A stretch of 50,431 nucleotides of DNA. Origin: Macrostomum lignano. Taxonomy: Eukaryota. Of the stretch, positions 36,342 to 50,431 are shown one piece after another. The number at the start of each line of letters is the position of its first letter. The first letter of the stretch is position 1. The notes beneath the pieces were generated by a model that was not told where the DNA came from, did not search any database, and worked only from the letters and a program-made list of their open reading frames with translations. Made by a program: the position numbers and the translations under genes. Location: NCBI GenBank assembly GCA_002269645.1, contig NIVC01004327.1:1-50431 (forward strand), given 5' to 3'.

Positions 36342-39300
36342 CTACCACTGACAACCCAGATGGTGAACTGCTGCAGCACCTGAATAGGCGGGGACACCTG
36401 TTGAATACTGATGATGCTGATGATGCTGCATGGCGGCCGCCGCAGACACGGCCTGGTGGTATGGAGGCGGCGGTGGAGGCGGCTGCTGGCTGCTCAAATA
36501 CGGATGCTGTTGATGAAGAGCGTCAGTTTCGACCAGCTTGTTGTTGACCGACGCGGAAGTTGCAACAGCCTCCGCGTCGCTACCCGAAGTTGTTGTCGAC
36601 GATTCGGCGACTGAAACCGACGCAGCCGCCGCTGCCGCCGCCGCCGCCGCTGCCGCCGCCATGGCCGCCGCGGTTGCGCTTGCGTAGCTGCCGAAACTGC
36701 CCGACGCCTGGCCGCCGCCGTCGCCGCCGCCGCTGTCGACGTGGTCGGAGACGGCTGCAGAGGAGGCAATGGCTTCGCGAAGCAAGCTGCTGCTGACTGG
36801 GAACCGGCACTGGTTGTAGGCCGCGGCCTGCAGCTCCACAGACTTGTCGGCTTGTTGGCGTTTCACCTTGTAGCGCCGGTTTTGGAACCAAATTTTCACC
36901 TGATGGGGAGGTCGGTGTGATGGTTGGGACGCCAGTTGAGACACCCTGGGTGAGTTGAGACACCCTGAGGGAGTTGAGACACCCTGGGGGAGTTGAGGAC
37001 ACCCTGAGGGAGTTGAGGACACCCTGAGTGAGTTCAGGACACCCTGAGTGAGTTCAGGACACCCTGAGTGAGTTCAGGACACCCTGAGTGAGTTCAGGAC
37101 ACCTTGAGGGAGTTGAGACACCCTGAGGGAGTTAAGACACTCTGAGTGAGTTGAGACACCCTGAGTGAGTTAAGACACTCTGAGTGAGTTAAGACACCCT
37201 GAGTGAGTTCAGGACACCCTGAGGAGCTGAGGACACCCTGAGGGAGTTGAGGACACCCTGAGTGAGTTCAGACACCCTGAGTGAGTTGAGGACACCCTGA
37301 GTGAGTTCAGGACACCCTGAGTGAGTTCAGGACACCCTGAGTGAGTTCAGGACACCTGAGTGAGTTCAGGACACCCTGAGTGAGTTCAGGACACCCTGAG
37401 GGAGCTGAGGACACCCTGAGGGAGTTGAGACACCCTGAGGGAGTTGAGACACCCTGAGTGAGTTGAGACACCCTGAGTGAGTTAAGACACCCTGAGTGAG
37501 TTCAGGACACCCTGAGTGAGTTCAGGACACCCTGAGTGAGTTCAGGACACCCTGAGGGAGTTGGGACACCCTGAGTGAGTTAAGACACTCTGAGTGAGTT
37601 AAAACACCCTGAGGGAGTTGAGGACACCCTATAGGAGTTAAAACACCCTAAATGAGTTCAGACCACCTGAATGAGTTCAGACCACCTGAATGAGTTCAGA
37701 CCTCACTAAATGAAATTAACAAACTGGATTTCTCTGTTTGCAATCAGTGCCCATAGTGGAACAGCAGTTCCCAGCTGACAGTCAGGAGAAGGAAAGCAAA
37801 CACCAGGTCATTTCTCTCCCCATATTTCTGAGCTTCATCAAACTTTCTGATGGCTCCAGTCGGTCAGCGGGAGCCCAGAACAACCACTTGAGCGTTGAAA
37901 GATTTTCTTCTATCGCCTGCCGATGGAAATTCCAGCCCATATTCCAGCAAGAATGATCATTCATTAGCTGCCGTGGGCCAGCACTGAAGTGCCCAACCCT
38001 TCAGGGCGAAAGTTTTCAAGAGGGAGGCGAAAGTTAAAGAAATTATTCAGATTTCTTAGTCTTGTCAATGTTTGTTCTGCCCAAATTGTCTTCTGGCAAT
38101 TTTAACCAAACAAAAAATTGCTCTCCCATTCGACGGATTCAACAGGCGGTTTCTTAGAAAATTGCTTTGGTTGGAGTCGTTAATCCATCAATCAATCAGG
38201 TCAGTCAGTTGCAGTTTGGTCAGCCTAAAACTAATTTCATCAAATAATCACTTCAAGCTTTCAAGATCTTTGATTTTTGTTTTTGTCAGACCATAACCAC
38301 TGACCCGCAATTTGCGGTTTCTAGGCGATTTCTTAGAGATTCGAGAGGTTAATTAACCCAGCCCAATTGTCGCCGCAGTTATTGTAGTAGGTTTCAGATT
38401 ATCAATCAATTTTCCTGAAGAAGCTGCCAGCCGCAAGTCAGTGGATAATTGCTATTAGATTCATCAGCCGTGCGCTGACGCTGGGCGGCAGGTGTGGTAG
38501 TCTGCGGAAGCTTCTAGTGGCACTGACCCAAGCTCTGTCTCCAGCTCTACCTTGGGAGAGAGGGAGGGAATGATAGAGTGAAAGGGGAAATGAAGGTAAG
38601 AAGGAAGGGAGGAGAGAGGAGGAAGGGAGGGAGAGAGGACGTGAGAGAGGAAGGGAGAGAGGAAGGGAGAGAGGAGAAGAAGAGATAGAGGAAGGGAGAG
38701 GAAGGGAGAGGAAGGGAGAGGAAGGGAGAGGAAGGGAGAGGAAGGGAGAGAGGAAGGGAGGGGAAGGGAGAGAGGAAGGGAGGGGAAGGGAGAGAGGAAG
38801 GGAGGGGAAGGGAGAGAGGAAGGGAGGGGAAGGGAGAGAGGAAGGGAGGGGAAGGGAGAGAGGAAGGGAGGGGAAGGGAGAGAGGAAGGGAGGGGAAGGG
38901 AGAGAGGAAGGGAGCAAGAGAATGGTGAGATTTGAAGAGCCAGAAGGAATGCAAAGAAATAGTGAGCGTGAAGTAAATGATGAACAAAAAATGAGAGCAA
39001 TTCTGGTAAATCAAGAAAGGACCGGAGGACTGCAATTGTAATAGAAGAGTCAGATTACTCCTAAAGCTACAGTGTCCAATTAGGCAAATCTTGAACTTCA
39101 TCCTGAAAAGCATTATTTATTGTTTCAGTAAGTATATTTCGAGTCTGCAACGACCCGCGCGATGATGTAACCAGATAGACACCTAAGACCCAGCATGCGG
39201 TTCTTTATAATCTCTAACAAGTGGCCTTTTGATGGAAGCCCGCAGGCGGGACGGGGTTTCAGCCATAGACAGTGTGTAGAACACCGGATTGCGCAATTCT

Positions 39301-42300
39301 GACATTCGCGCAAAGACAATGCCAGGCTATTAAGCCGCAAGCTTTAACAGCTTAATGTGGTTCTAACAAGTGACCCCAAAGACATGCAGAGCCAGTTATG
39401 TGCCGTGTGATGCAATCGATTCGTGGCTTTGGCTGCGACACTGATAACTGGCAGGCCCAAGCTGCCAGCATGCTCATAACTGTATGAATCGTCTTTATGG
39501 CCTTTGTAGGCACGGCTTCTACTGCGCATGTGATGCTGGGCTTGCTTACGGCTTTCTTTTCACTTTTCTTTTACCCCTCTGTCATCCTCTCTCCAGCAGC
39601 TCTCACTGTCTCTTCTGTCTCATTCTGTCTCTTCTGTCTCATTCTCCCCCAGCTCTCACTGTCTCTTCTGTCTCATTCTCTCTCACAGCAGCTCTCACTG
39701 TCTCTTCTGTCTCATTCTCTCTCACAGCAGCTCTCACTGTCTCTTCTGTCTCATTCTCTCTCACAGCAGCTCTCACTGTCTCTTCTGTCTCATTCCCTCT
39801 CTCTCACCCTCTCTCATCACCCTCACTCTCTCACCCTCTATCACCCTCTCTCCCTCTCTCACCCTCTCTCACCCTCTCTCACCCTCTCTCACCCTCTCTC
39901 ACCCTCTCTCACCCTCTCTCACTCTCTCTCACCCTCTCTCACTCTCTCTTACCCTCTCTCACTCTCTCTCACCCTCTCCCACCCCACTTTCCCACGTTCT
40001 TCTTCACTCACAATTGATCAGAACAAAATTCCAAATAAAAATCAGAAACCCTACTAAAAGAAACAGGGTCGCAGTAAAACACTTCCAGGAAAGTAATATT
40101 TTTATCAAACAGATAACAAGGCTAAATCAAAAAGCCAAACTCCCTCCACCCTACCCGGGTAACCCGGTCCCAAACTCGCGTGGCTCCATCTGTGGTCATA
40201 TATCTATCAAAAAGGCGGCATATATACTGTATGGCTGATATCATTTACTATCTTGTTTAGTTGATTTTAGACACAGTACGCCTAGGCCTCTATAGAGTAA
40301 ATCTAAACAAAACTCCCCCAACCCCCCGAAATTCGTAATGAAAACAAAATGCATTCTGCCTGCTACAAGCCAGAGGAGTCTTTTTGTTTGAAGTTATTTT
40401 ATTGCTTGGGGTTGGGTAGATCAGGCGGTATGATTGACCCGGACTGAGCTAAATAGGTCAAGAACCCAGCGTACAGGCTACAGGTAGACAATTGGCTTGT
40501 TATTGTCTGCTTAATTATATGTCCCTGATCAGTGCTGCATCTAACTCCCCTCTATCCCCCTCTCTTGCCTCTTTCTCTTATCCTATTTTTTCTCCCTCTT
40601 CTCTCCTATCTACTTTTCTTATCTCTCTCATCTAAATCTCTCATCTACCTCTCTCATCTAAATCTCTCATCTACCTCTCTCATCTACCTCTCTCATCTAC
40701 CTCTCCTATCTACCTCTTTCATCTACTTCTCTCATCTACTTCTCTCATCTACCTCTCTTATCTACCTCTCTCATCTACACTTCTCTCATCTACCTCTCTT
40801 ATCTACTTCTCTCATCTACCTCTCTTATCTACCTCTCTCATCTAACTCTCTCATCTACCTCTCCTATCTACCTCTCTCATCTACTTCTCTCATCTACCTC
40901 TCTTATCTCCCTCTCTTATCTCCCTCTCTTATCTCCCTCTCGATCTTATCTCCTCTCTTATCTCCTTATCTCCCTCTCTTATCTCTCGATCTCATCTCCT
41001 CTCTCCCCCCATCCACTAGCGTAAAAACTCTCTCACCAGCCGGCTATCCAGCGCTTTCATGGCCAGTTTTTTTTTCAATTTTTTCAAACCTTGATTTATC
41101 AGCTGAATTCTATCAAATCTCGAATCAAAATCCAAAAATCCATGCCTGCCTGAGGCAATTTTCTCAACTCAACTTCTCAATCTGATTTCAATGCAAACCC
41201 GTGTCTAATCAGCATTGCATATCTTTCAATTCATATGCACAAATTATTTACTTTAACAACCTTCATCCATATCTGAGCTATCAGTTGATGCGTTAGTGTG
41301 GAGCATAGGACAATAAAAAAACAACTGATAAGTTCCTACAGTTTATGAAGCCCATAGCAACTGCGATTTGAAAACCGCCTTTTTTCTCATCATGAAAAGT
41401 GGCTCGCTACTCCGATACTCAAATATAGCCAGCTTTTTTTCAACGATAAAATCGCCTCAGGGGATCGGGGGGCTACAGGTTGAATCTTCATCAAATTCAC
41501 AGCTGTTTTATGCGTTCAATGCTTATTGAACAAAAATATGCCCAAACTAAATCAGAATTTTTTGTAGCACACTTCTCTAGCACACCCTCTAGCACCCCCT
41601 CTAGCACCCCCTCTAGCACACCCTCTAGCACCCCCTCTAGCACACCCTCTAACACACCCTCTAGAACTCCCTCTAGCACACCCTCTAGCACACCCTCTAG
41701 CACCCCCTCTAGCAGCCCTCTAGCACACCCTCTAGCACCCCTCTAGCAGCCCTCTAGCACACACTCTAGCACCCCCTCTAGCACCCCCTCTAGCACCCCC
41801 TCTAGCACCCCCTCTAGCACACCCTCTAACACACCCTCTAGCACACCCTCTAGCACACCCTCTAGCACCCCTCTCTAGCACCCTCTAGCAGCCCTCTAGC
41901 ACACCCTCTAGCACACCCTCTAGCACCCCTCTAGCAGCCCTCTAGCACACACTCTGGCACACCCTCTAGCACACCCTCTAGCACACCCTCTAGCACACAC
42001 TCTAGCACACCCTCTAGCAGCCCTCTAGCACCCCCTCTAGCACACCCTCTAGCACCCCCTCTAGCACACCCTCTAACACACCCTCTAGAACTCCCTCTAG
42101 CACACCCTCTAGCACACCCTCTAGCACCCCCTCTAGCAGCCCTCTAGCACACCCTCTAGCACACCCTCTAGCACACCCTCTAGCACCCCTCTAGCAGCCC
42201 TCTAGCACACACTCTGGCACACCCTCTAGCACACCTTCTAGCACGCCCTCTAGCACGCCCTCTAGCACCCTCACCTGCTGAGCGGACATCTTGAGCAGCG

Positions 42301-44268
42301 CAGCCAGCTGCTCCCTCTCCGGTGCGCTCAGATATCTCTGATGCCGAAACCGCCGCTCGAGTTCGAACACCTGCGCCTGGGAGAACAAAATTCTCGGCTT
42401 CCGTTTCGATTTTTGAGCTCGAAGTACCACGCCGCTCCCCAGATTAGCGCTGGTGTCCTTGGCAACCGGGGACTCGGCCCCGAATTCCAGCTCCCGGTCT
42501 TCGGTCTTCCGGTTGATGCAGCTGCTGCTGATGGCGCGGCAGACGCTGTCTCCGGATGATACCTCAGCGGACGTGTCGGCGGCGGCTGCTGCAACTTCGC
42601 CGACTTTTCTTCTAGAGGAAGAAGTTGGCAGCCCGACCTGATCGAGAGGGCTGGAGTGATGATGACGGTGCTGATGAAGTTGAAGATGCTGCTGCTGATG
42701 ATGAGTCTGGTAGATCATCGGATAATTTTGAGAATCAATCGATTGAAGCTGGCTCAGGTGCTCATGCTGCTGCTGCTGCTGCTGCTGCTGAACCACTGGC
42801 AACGGCGGATATGGAGACTCTGTAAAGTATGGATCCAGATTTTAACTTTCACTCTTTTGTCTCGAGTGTTTGCAGTGGCTTGGATTCCAATTTATGATTC
42901 AACCTGGGAATTTCTAATCCCAGGTGTCATTTCTCATTTCAGGTGTCATTTCTCATTCCAAGTGTCATTTATAATCCCAGGCGTCATTTATAATCCCAGG
43001 TGTTATTTATAATCCCAGGTGTCATTAATAATCCCAGGTGTCATTTATAATCTCAGGTGTCATTTATAATCTCAGGTGTCATTTATAATCTCAGGTGTCA
43101 TTTATAATCCCAGGTGTCATTTATAATCCCAGGTGTCACTTATAATCCCAGGTGTCATTTATAATCCCAGGTGTTATTTATAATCCCAGGTGTCATTTAT
43201 AATCCCAGGTGTCATTTATAATCCCAGGTGTCATTTATAATCCCAGGTGTCATTAATAATCCCAGGTGTCATTTATAATCCCAGGTGTTATTTATAATCC
43301 CAGGTGTCACTTATAATCCCAGGTGTCATTTATAATCCCAGGTGTCATTTATAATCCCAGGTGTCATTTATAATCCCAGGTGTCATTTATAATCCCAGGT
43401 GTCATTTCTCATTCCAAGTGTCATTTTTATCCCAGGGGTCATTTTTAATCCCAGGGGTCATTTTTAATCCCATGGGTCATTTTTAATTCCAGGGGTCATT
43501 TTTAATCTCAGGTGTAATTTTTAATACCAGGTGCCATTTACAATCCCAGGTGTCATTTCTCAAGGTGTCATTTCTAATCCCAGCAGGTGTCATTTCTAAT
43601 CCAGCAGGTGTCATTTCTAATCCCAGCAGGTGTCATCTCTAATCCCAGCAGGTGTCATTTCTAATCCCAGCAGGTGTCATTTCTAATCCCAGCAGGTGTC
43701 ATTTCTAATCCCAGCAGGTGTCATCTCTAATCCCAGCAGGTGTCATTTCTAATCCCAGCAGGTGTCATTTCTAATCCCAGCAGGTGTCATTTCTAATCCC
43801 AGCAGGTGTCATCTCTAATCCCAGCAGGTGTCATTTCTAATCCCAGCAGGTGTCATTTCTAATCCCAGCAGGTGTCAGATCTAATCCTAGCAGGTTTCAG
43901 ACCAAGCAAAACTCGCACTCACCGTCATGAACAGAGGCAGTCTCGGGCCCGGCAGTCATTGACAAGTCCTGGATCGCGAGGGACTCGGTGGCCGAGGCTG
44001 TGGCAGCTGCGGCGACTGCTGCTGCTCCATAGTATGAATACCACGGATGCTGCCGCTGTTGATGATGAGGCTGCTGATGCTGCTGCTGGTAGCCGTATCC
44101 ATAGCAACCGTTGCCAGGATAGCTATCAGCTTTAAACAACTGATGATAAGGCTGGTAGAGTTTGTAGGCGTCAACATTGACATCTGCGCTGCATGAGATG
44201 TCGGTATTATATGCCGGCGGCCGGTTATAATAGCAATATTGCGGATCAGCTGATGCCAGACTCTCCAT
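36342..44268 (-). CDS. NK4: NK-class homeobox transcription factor, NK4/tinman/Nkx2-5 type (~482 aa)
   Basis: Exons 43923-44268, 42275-42819, 36342-36899. Homeodomain [44 protein letters not shown]|[15 protein letters not shown], followed by [17 protein letters not shown] and DKS.EL favour NK4 over NK2.1/2.2 (NHRYK) and NK3. Confidence 0.9.
36935..37705. repeat. 19-20-bp minisatellite GACACCCTGAGTGAGTTCAG, NK4 intron 2
   Basis: Direct reading. Confidence 0.92.
38545..38910. repeat. GA-rich purine repeat, NK4 intron 2
   Basis: Direct reading. Confidence 0.9.
39580..39990. repeat. CT-rich repeats, NK4 intron 2
   Basis: Direct reading. Confidence 0.85.
40545..41010. repeat. CTCTCTCATCTAC-type repeat, NK4 intron 2
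   Basis: Direct reading. Confidence 0.85.
41572..42268. repeat. 13-bp minisatellite CTCTAGCACACCC abutting the NK4 exon 2 donor
   Basis: Direct reading. Confidence 0.95.
42905..43875. repeat. 19-bp ATAATCCCAGGTGTCATTT and 22-bp CTAATCCCAGCAGGTGTCATTT minisatellites, NK4 intron 1
   Basis: Direct reading. Confidence 0.93.
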
Positions 44269-44519
44269 CGCCCTTATCTATACGGATAGATAGTTGTATT
44301 ATGATAATATTAAGTCCTTATACTATTTCTATGCAAGCTTAGCTTATAGAAGTTAAGTGTGCTAAAGGGTCTATTTTTGTTATAATAGGCTATCTAGGTC
44401 GCTCCACTACCAATATATTCGAGAGACTTTGAAGGGGGCACTCTAAGATCTGAAGAGGTTCAGGCCTTGGCTCGAGAATGGGGAATAGACAAGTGGCTAA
44501 AGAGAGACTGGGGGAAGCC

Positions 44520-44960
44520 ACAGGGTTATATAAATCCCGCTTTGAGTGGCTTTGGGATTCTATCTTAACAAAGGACAAATATAAAGCAGATCAATCTGTG
44601 TTGAATTTGCCAATCAAATTGAGTTGGAAGTGATGAGGGGCAAATTTTTAGCAAGCTGTTGGTTGTGTTCCGGAAACTAAGGTCTGTCGCTTGGGCTTTC
44701 AAAGTTTTTATATATCGAAGCTAAGCTTGGGAGTCTGGAACTGGATGGCGGAGAGCAGGTATAGATCGCTAAAAGTCGATATACCTCTGGAACAGGAATT
44801 AAGGTAAACAATTGCTAATTCGGTTGAGGGCGCGATGGTGAAGGCGGGGCGGAGAGGCTGGAGTGGATGGCCGGGGGAGCGGGCGGCGGGGAGGGCGGCG
44901 GCCAGAAATCCCCACGGATTCAGTCATTGGCCAGCGGCCTGACTACCGCTGTTCGAGCTC
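44520..44960 (-). promoter_or_regulatory. Candidate NK4 proximal promoter
   Basis: GC-rich island with several GGGCGG boxes (44840-44900), a CCAAT (plus cattgg ~44925) and a TATA-like TTTATATAA (~44526-44534), all upstream of the ATG. Confidence 0.35.
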
Positions 44961-45017
44961 GCTGCTGAGTGGGGGATTGCTTCGAACTGGGGTGTGTTGC
45001 TGCGATTTCTCTGACAT

Positions 45018-45600
<583 letters not shown>

Positions 45601-46124
45601 ATGTTGTCTTGGTGTCTCTCTCTAGTCGTAAACTGTAAACTTACCTAAATAAACCTTCCCATATGTTATGTCTGTTTAGTACACAGTAAAATATTTTTAT
45701 AGAAACGCCACAGAAATCATTCAGAGTCGAATCGCTACTAAAAAGTGTCTCTTAGCTAAAAATACTTGTGTTCGAAATGAAGTGGCCATGACATTTTCTT
45801 TCTTTTAAGCGACTTTACGTCCTCGCTTGAAAGTAAAATAAATCAGAAATTTCTATTCTCGAAAAGACCCATGCAGTGTGCAGTGTACGGCATTGTAGGA
45901 AGTCATTCATTTATAATAACAAACTTGAAATTCAATACATTTGTTTAATCACCGGCATTCACTTTATTCATGCTGCAAACCACTTGAACCTGATTTTTTG
46001 TGATTTGGACTCCTAAAGTCAAGTGGACCAGCGTCTCCACTGCTACAGACTGCATGTTTTGCTGGCTATTGCAGATGAGTTCTTTGTAGGATGAATTGTT
46101 TACAGAAAATGCCACCCCTTCCCT

Positions 46125-46745
46125 CCCTGATTGTTCAGTGTGGGTGAGTGTCAGATCCAACCCTCCCTGTTTGTTCTGTTCAGTGTGGGTGAGTGTCAGA
46201 TCCAACCCCCCCCCCCTGATGGTTCAGTGTGGGTGAGTGTCAGATCCAACCCCCCCCCCTGATGGTTCAGTGTGGTTGAGTGTCAGATCCAACCCCCCCT
46301 GATGGTTCAGTGTGGTTGAGTGTCAGATCCAACCCCCCCCCCCCTGATGGTTCAGTGTGGTTGAGTGTCAGATCCAACCCCCCCTGATGGTTCAGTGTGG
46401 TTGAGTGTCAGATCCAACCCCCCTGATGGTTCAGTGTGGTTGAGTGTCAGATCCAACCCCCCCTGATGGTACAGTGTGGTTGAGTGTCAGATCCAACCCT
46501 CCCTGATGGTTCAGTGTGGTTGAGTGTCAGATCCAACCCCCCCTGATGGTTCAGTGTGGTTGAGTGTCAGATCCAACCCCCCCTGATGGTTCAGTGTGGT
46601 TGAGTGTCAGATCCAACCCCCCCCCCCTGATGGTTCAGTGTGGTTGAGTGTCAGATCCAACCCTCCCTGATTGTTCAGTGTGGGTGAGTGTCAGAACCAA
46701 CCCTCCCTGATTGTTCAGAGTGGGTGTCAGAACTAACCTACCCTG
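46125..46745. repeat. ~37-bp minisatellite GATGGTTCAGTGTGGTTGAGTGTCAGATCCAA(C)nT
   Basis: Direct reading; the poly-C tract varies in length. Confidence 0.93.
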
Positions 46746-47384
46746 ACTCTTCAGTTCAAATTCCGTTTCAGAATATTTTGAAAGCAAATTTCTGACGAAA
46801 TGGACATGGTTTTATTTCTTTCAAACAGGTGGCTGTCGCGTAACGTAAATGAAAGCTTGGAAAACTAATTGACATGTCTCTCCTTTCTGTCCCTTTCTGG
46901 TACCTGCGGAAATATCAGACTGATTGATTTGATCGTTTCAAACTCATGCCGGGTCTTTGAATGGATCGAACGACACAACCTTTATCATAAGCTGGGATGC
47001 CTGCCGTCTCTGAAATCCCAGCACAGTCTGGATACACTATCTGGACCTAATTGATCCATGTTATTGCATAATCTATGCGAAGCTTTTTTATACTAAGCTA
47101 TCTGCTAAGGAATGCCAACCTTTGTTCAAAGGCGCATGTATAAATATTAAGATAAGTATAAAAATGCGGAGAAATAGCATAAACGGTTTTTCAAACGTAA
47201 ACTTCGGCCCGCATTTAGGCGAGTGAAATGCCTCACTGACTGAGGCCAGCGGTCTGTAGATAATAACAAAAATGTTTTCCTGGGAAGAATGATGCATTTA
47301 TGCAATGGCTGCTTGCAGTCATTTACAGGATTTAGTTAATCCGTCAGTCGGATTCATAGTCCATGCATTCTAAATATCTACAGT

Positions 47385-47745
<361 letters not shown>

Positions 47746-48574
47746 TATCCTAATCCTATTGAGGATTAGAAAAAGACGCAAATAAAAGTCTTGGTCAGTG
47801 GTTCATAAAAGATTACAACAGGTGGTCAGTCTATTTGAGCCCTTCAAGGCCGCAGGAAAATACAATTGTTTATAAAACGTCAGTTCATGCTAAGCGATCG
47901 AAGTTACTTCACGTATTTTGAAGCAACTGTTCCACGCGATGCAGTGTCCTGCCTTCCATCGTGTCCCATATAAAACATCTAGGTATAAAAGAGGATGGAA
48001 TTCTGTCATTTTTTACCGCAACGGATATCTTGTAGGATAACTATAGGAATATATTTTCCGATGGGGTATTGCATGGGATCTAGTCTGACATGAATTCAGT
48101 ACTGGCATATGGCCTGTCCTGCGCACTACTAAGTGGCTTAGAGGCAACGGTCATTTTTATCTAGTTCCGACAGGGAAACATTCAAGTCTTTGTTTGCTGC
48201 GACCGCGGCTGAACAATGAACAAAAAAGAAGTCAGAAAAAAACTGCAAAAATAGTGAGATTTCGCATTTTTGGCAGATTAAAAAATCTTGGAGGTATTTA
48301 GTCGATTTATAATCAACTATATAAACTGGTAGATATCTACTGTATATGAGACATACTGTAGTTATATTGCATCATAAATAGTTGCAGGATTTCAGAATTA
48401 ACCGTGTGATCAAGCCTCTGCATAGCTGCATGGGTCAAGTGGTCTGCACCGTGTACCCACGGTGGTGCAGAAATCCCTCCGTCTTTAACAATTACAGACA
48501 GATGGGGTGTCTGATGGATGATGAAGGTGAATTGCTGGGAGACAAATAAGGAGTAAGGCGGAGATGAAGACCGA

Positions 48575-49490
48575 GATAGAGGGAGACTGAGGGAGAGGGA
48601 GACTGAGGGGAAGAGGGAGACTGAGGGGAAGAGGGAGACTGAGGGGAAGAGGGAGACTGAGAAGAGGGAGACTGAGGGGAAGAGGGAGACTGAGGGGAAG
48701 AGGGAGACTGAGGGGAAGAGGGAGACTGAGGGGAAGAGGGAGACTGAGGGGAAGAGGGAGACTGAGGGGAAGAGGGAGACTGAGGGGAAGAGGGAGAATG
48801 AGAAGAGGGAGACTGAGGGGAAGAGGGAGACTGAGGGGAAGAGGGAGACTGAGGGGAAGAGGGAGACTGAGAAGAGGGAGACTGAGGGGAAGAGGGAGAC
48901 TGAGGAGAGAGGGAGACTGAGGGGAAGAGGGAGACTGAGGGGAAGAGGGAGACTGAGGGGAAGAGGGAGACTGAGAAGAGGGAGACTGAGGGGAAGAGGG
49001 AGACTGAGGGAAGAGGGAGACTGAGGAGAGAGGGAGACTGCAGGGGAAGAGGGAGACTGAGGGGAAGAGGGAGACTGAGGGGAAGAGGGAGACTGAGGAG
49101 AGAGGGAGACTGCAGGGGAAGAGGGAGACTGAGGGGAAGGGGAGACTGAGGGGAAGAGGGAGACTGAGGGAAGAGGGAGACTGAGGAGAGAGGGAGACTG
49201 AGGGGAAGAGGGAGACTGAGAAGAGGGAGACTGAGGGGAAGAGGGAGACTGAGGGGAAGAGGGAGACTGAGGAGAGAGGGAGACTGAGGGGAAGAGGGAG
49301 ACTGAGAAGAGGGAGACTGAGGGGAAGAGGGAGACTGAGGGGAAGAGGGAGACTGAGGGAAAAGGGGACTGAGGGGAATTGGGAGACTGAGGGGAAGAGG
49401 GAGATTGAGGGAAGAGGGAGACTGAGGGAAAAGGGGACTGAGGGGAATTGGGAGACTGAAGGGAAGAGGGAGACTGAGTCGAGAGGGAGA
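48575..49490. repeat. 18-bp purine-rich minisatellite GAGGGAGACTGAGGGGAA
   Basis: Direct reading; source of the SPQSPSS ORF. Confidence 0.93.
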
Positions 49491-50431
49491 CCGCTGGAGT
49501 CTCGGTAGGTACTAAAGCTAAATATGGGCTACCTGCACAGCTGCTACAAGTAGTCACATGTATGTGAATGACGGTTATGGTAGTGATGGAAGTGCAGATG
49601 ACAGTGACTTTTACGATGGCTGGAGAGTCTGGATAAATTTATCCAGACAAAATGCCGGATAGCAGAGCGGCTGTATCATTATGCGCAATAAATTTTGAAC
49701 TCGTCGGCTGAATGAATTTTTACACACCATAGTCGAAAAGTCAGCTGGACTGTTATCTTTAAAGAGTAGATCCTTTCCAAACGCACTTTCGCACATCCAG
49801 AAAAGCATAAATATTTGTTCCAAAACTTTCATGGTTTTCTAATTTAAACTTATCTTTCGATGGCAGTAGTTTTTGCTCATTTTATGATGTGAATATTGTG
49901 CGCAATACGCTACTCAGAGCAATATGCTGCGCAGATTTGTCTGATATAAACAGGAATTGGAAAAGTTCTGGCTTGGTAACTTTAAACAGAATTTCAATAC
50001 TCTTGCCTATTTTTAATTTCAGTTTTAAAGTTTTACATCAGCAAAGAACGGATTAGTTTGTTCCTGCAAAATTGGCTAACGTTTTAATGGCAAAGAGAAG
50101 GAACTTTTTGATTATATTTATCAAATGGTGTAAATAAATATATGTTTCGAAAAAATGTACCAAAATTAAGCAATAATTACAATATTAGCTATATTATTAG
50201 CTATATATGAGCCGTATAACAGGGTCTGTTATTTGTTTTTCTCAACTCACTTTTTAAGTCCATATTTTCTAGAACCATATGGCCATTATTCAATATTCAT
50301 CAAATAGGACAATAGTGTGAAATTGTAAATCACAATATACTAAATCTCTAAGGTTTGTTTGTTTGTTTGTCCGGTATTCCAGTCTACAGCCTGAATGCCT
50401 GAACTTTTTAGTAATAAAAAGTACAACTTCG

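Noticed and set aside
45945-46205. AFSVNN in an upstream ORF as the missing NK4 TN/eh1 exon
   Set aside because: It lacks the required IL residues, begins in a minisatellite and ends in a stop.

Overview
This is repeat-rich metazoan genomic DNA, not prokaryotic. GC-rich spliced exons sit in introns packed with micro- and minisatellites, and about 30 different arrays cover roughly half the window by my tally. That architecture suggests a Macrostomum-like flatworm, which is inference only. I reconstructed five spliced genes by hand, all on the minus strand, with consistent intron phases. (1) The 5' part of an aldehyde oxidase/xanthine dehydrogenase-family molybdoflavoenzyme, which runs off the window start. 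(2) A 3-exon, ~152-aa secreted Cys-rich precursor that the ORF track mostly misses. (3) A 12-exon, ~1078-aa DEG/ENaC-family channel. (4) A SEPT7-type septin. (5) An NK4/tinman-type homeobox gene. The main result is the channel. Its extracellular finger region carries two degenerate six-cysteine kringle-like domains, and the first is split by a complete WSC domain on its own symmetric phase-1 exon, giving a WSC-in-kringle-in-channel architecture. Nearly all long ORFs in the supplied track are artefacts of tandem repeats. All gene models are manual and need RNA confirmation.
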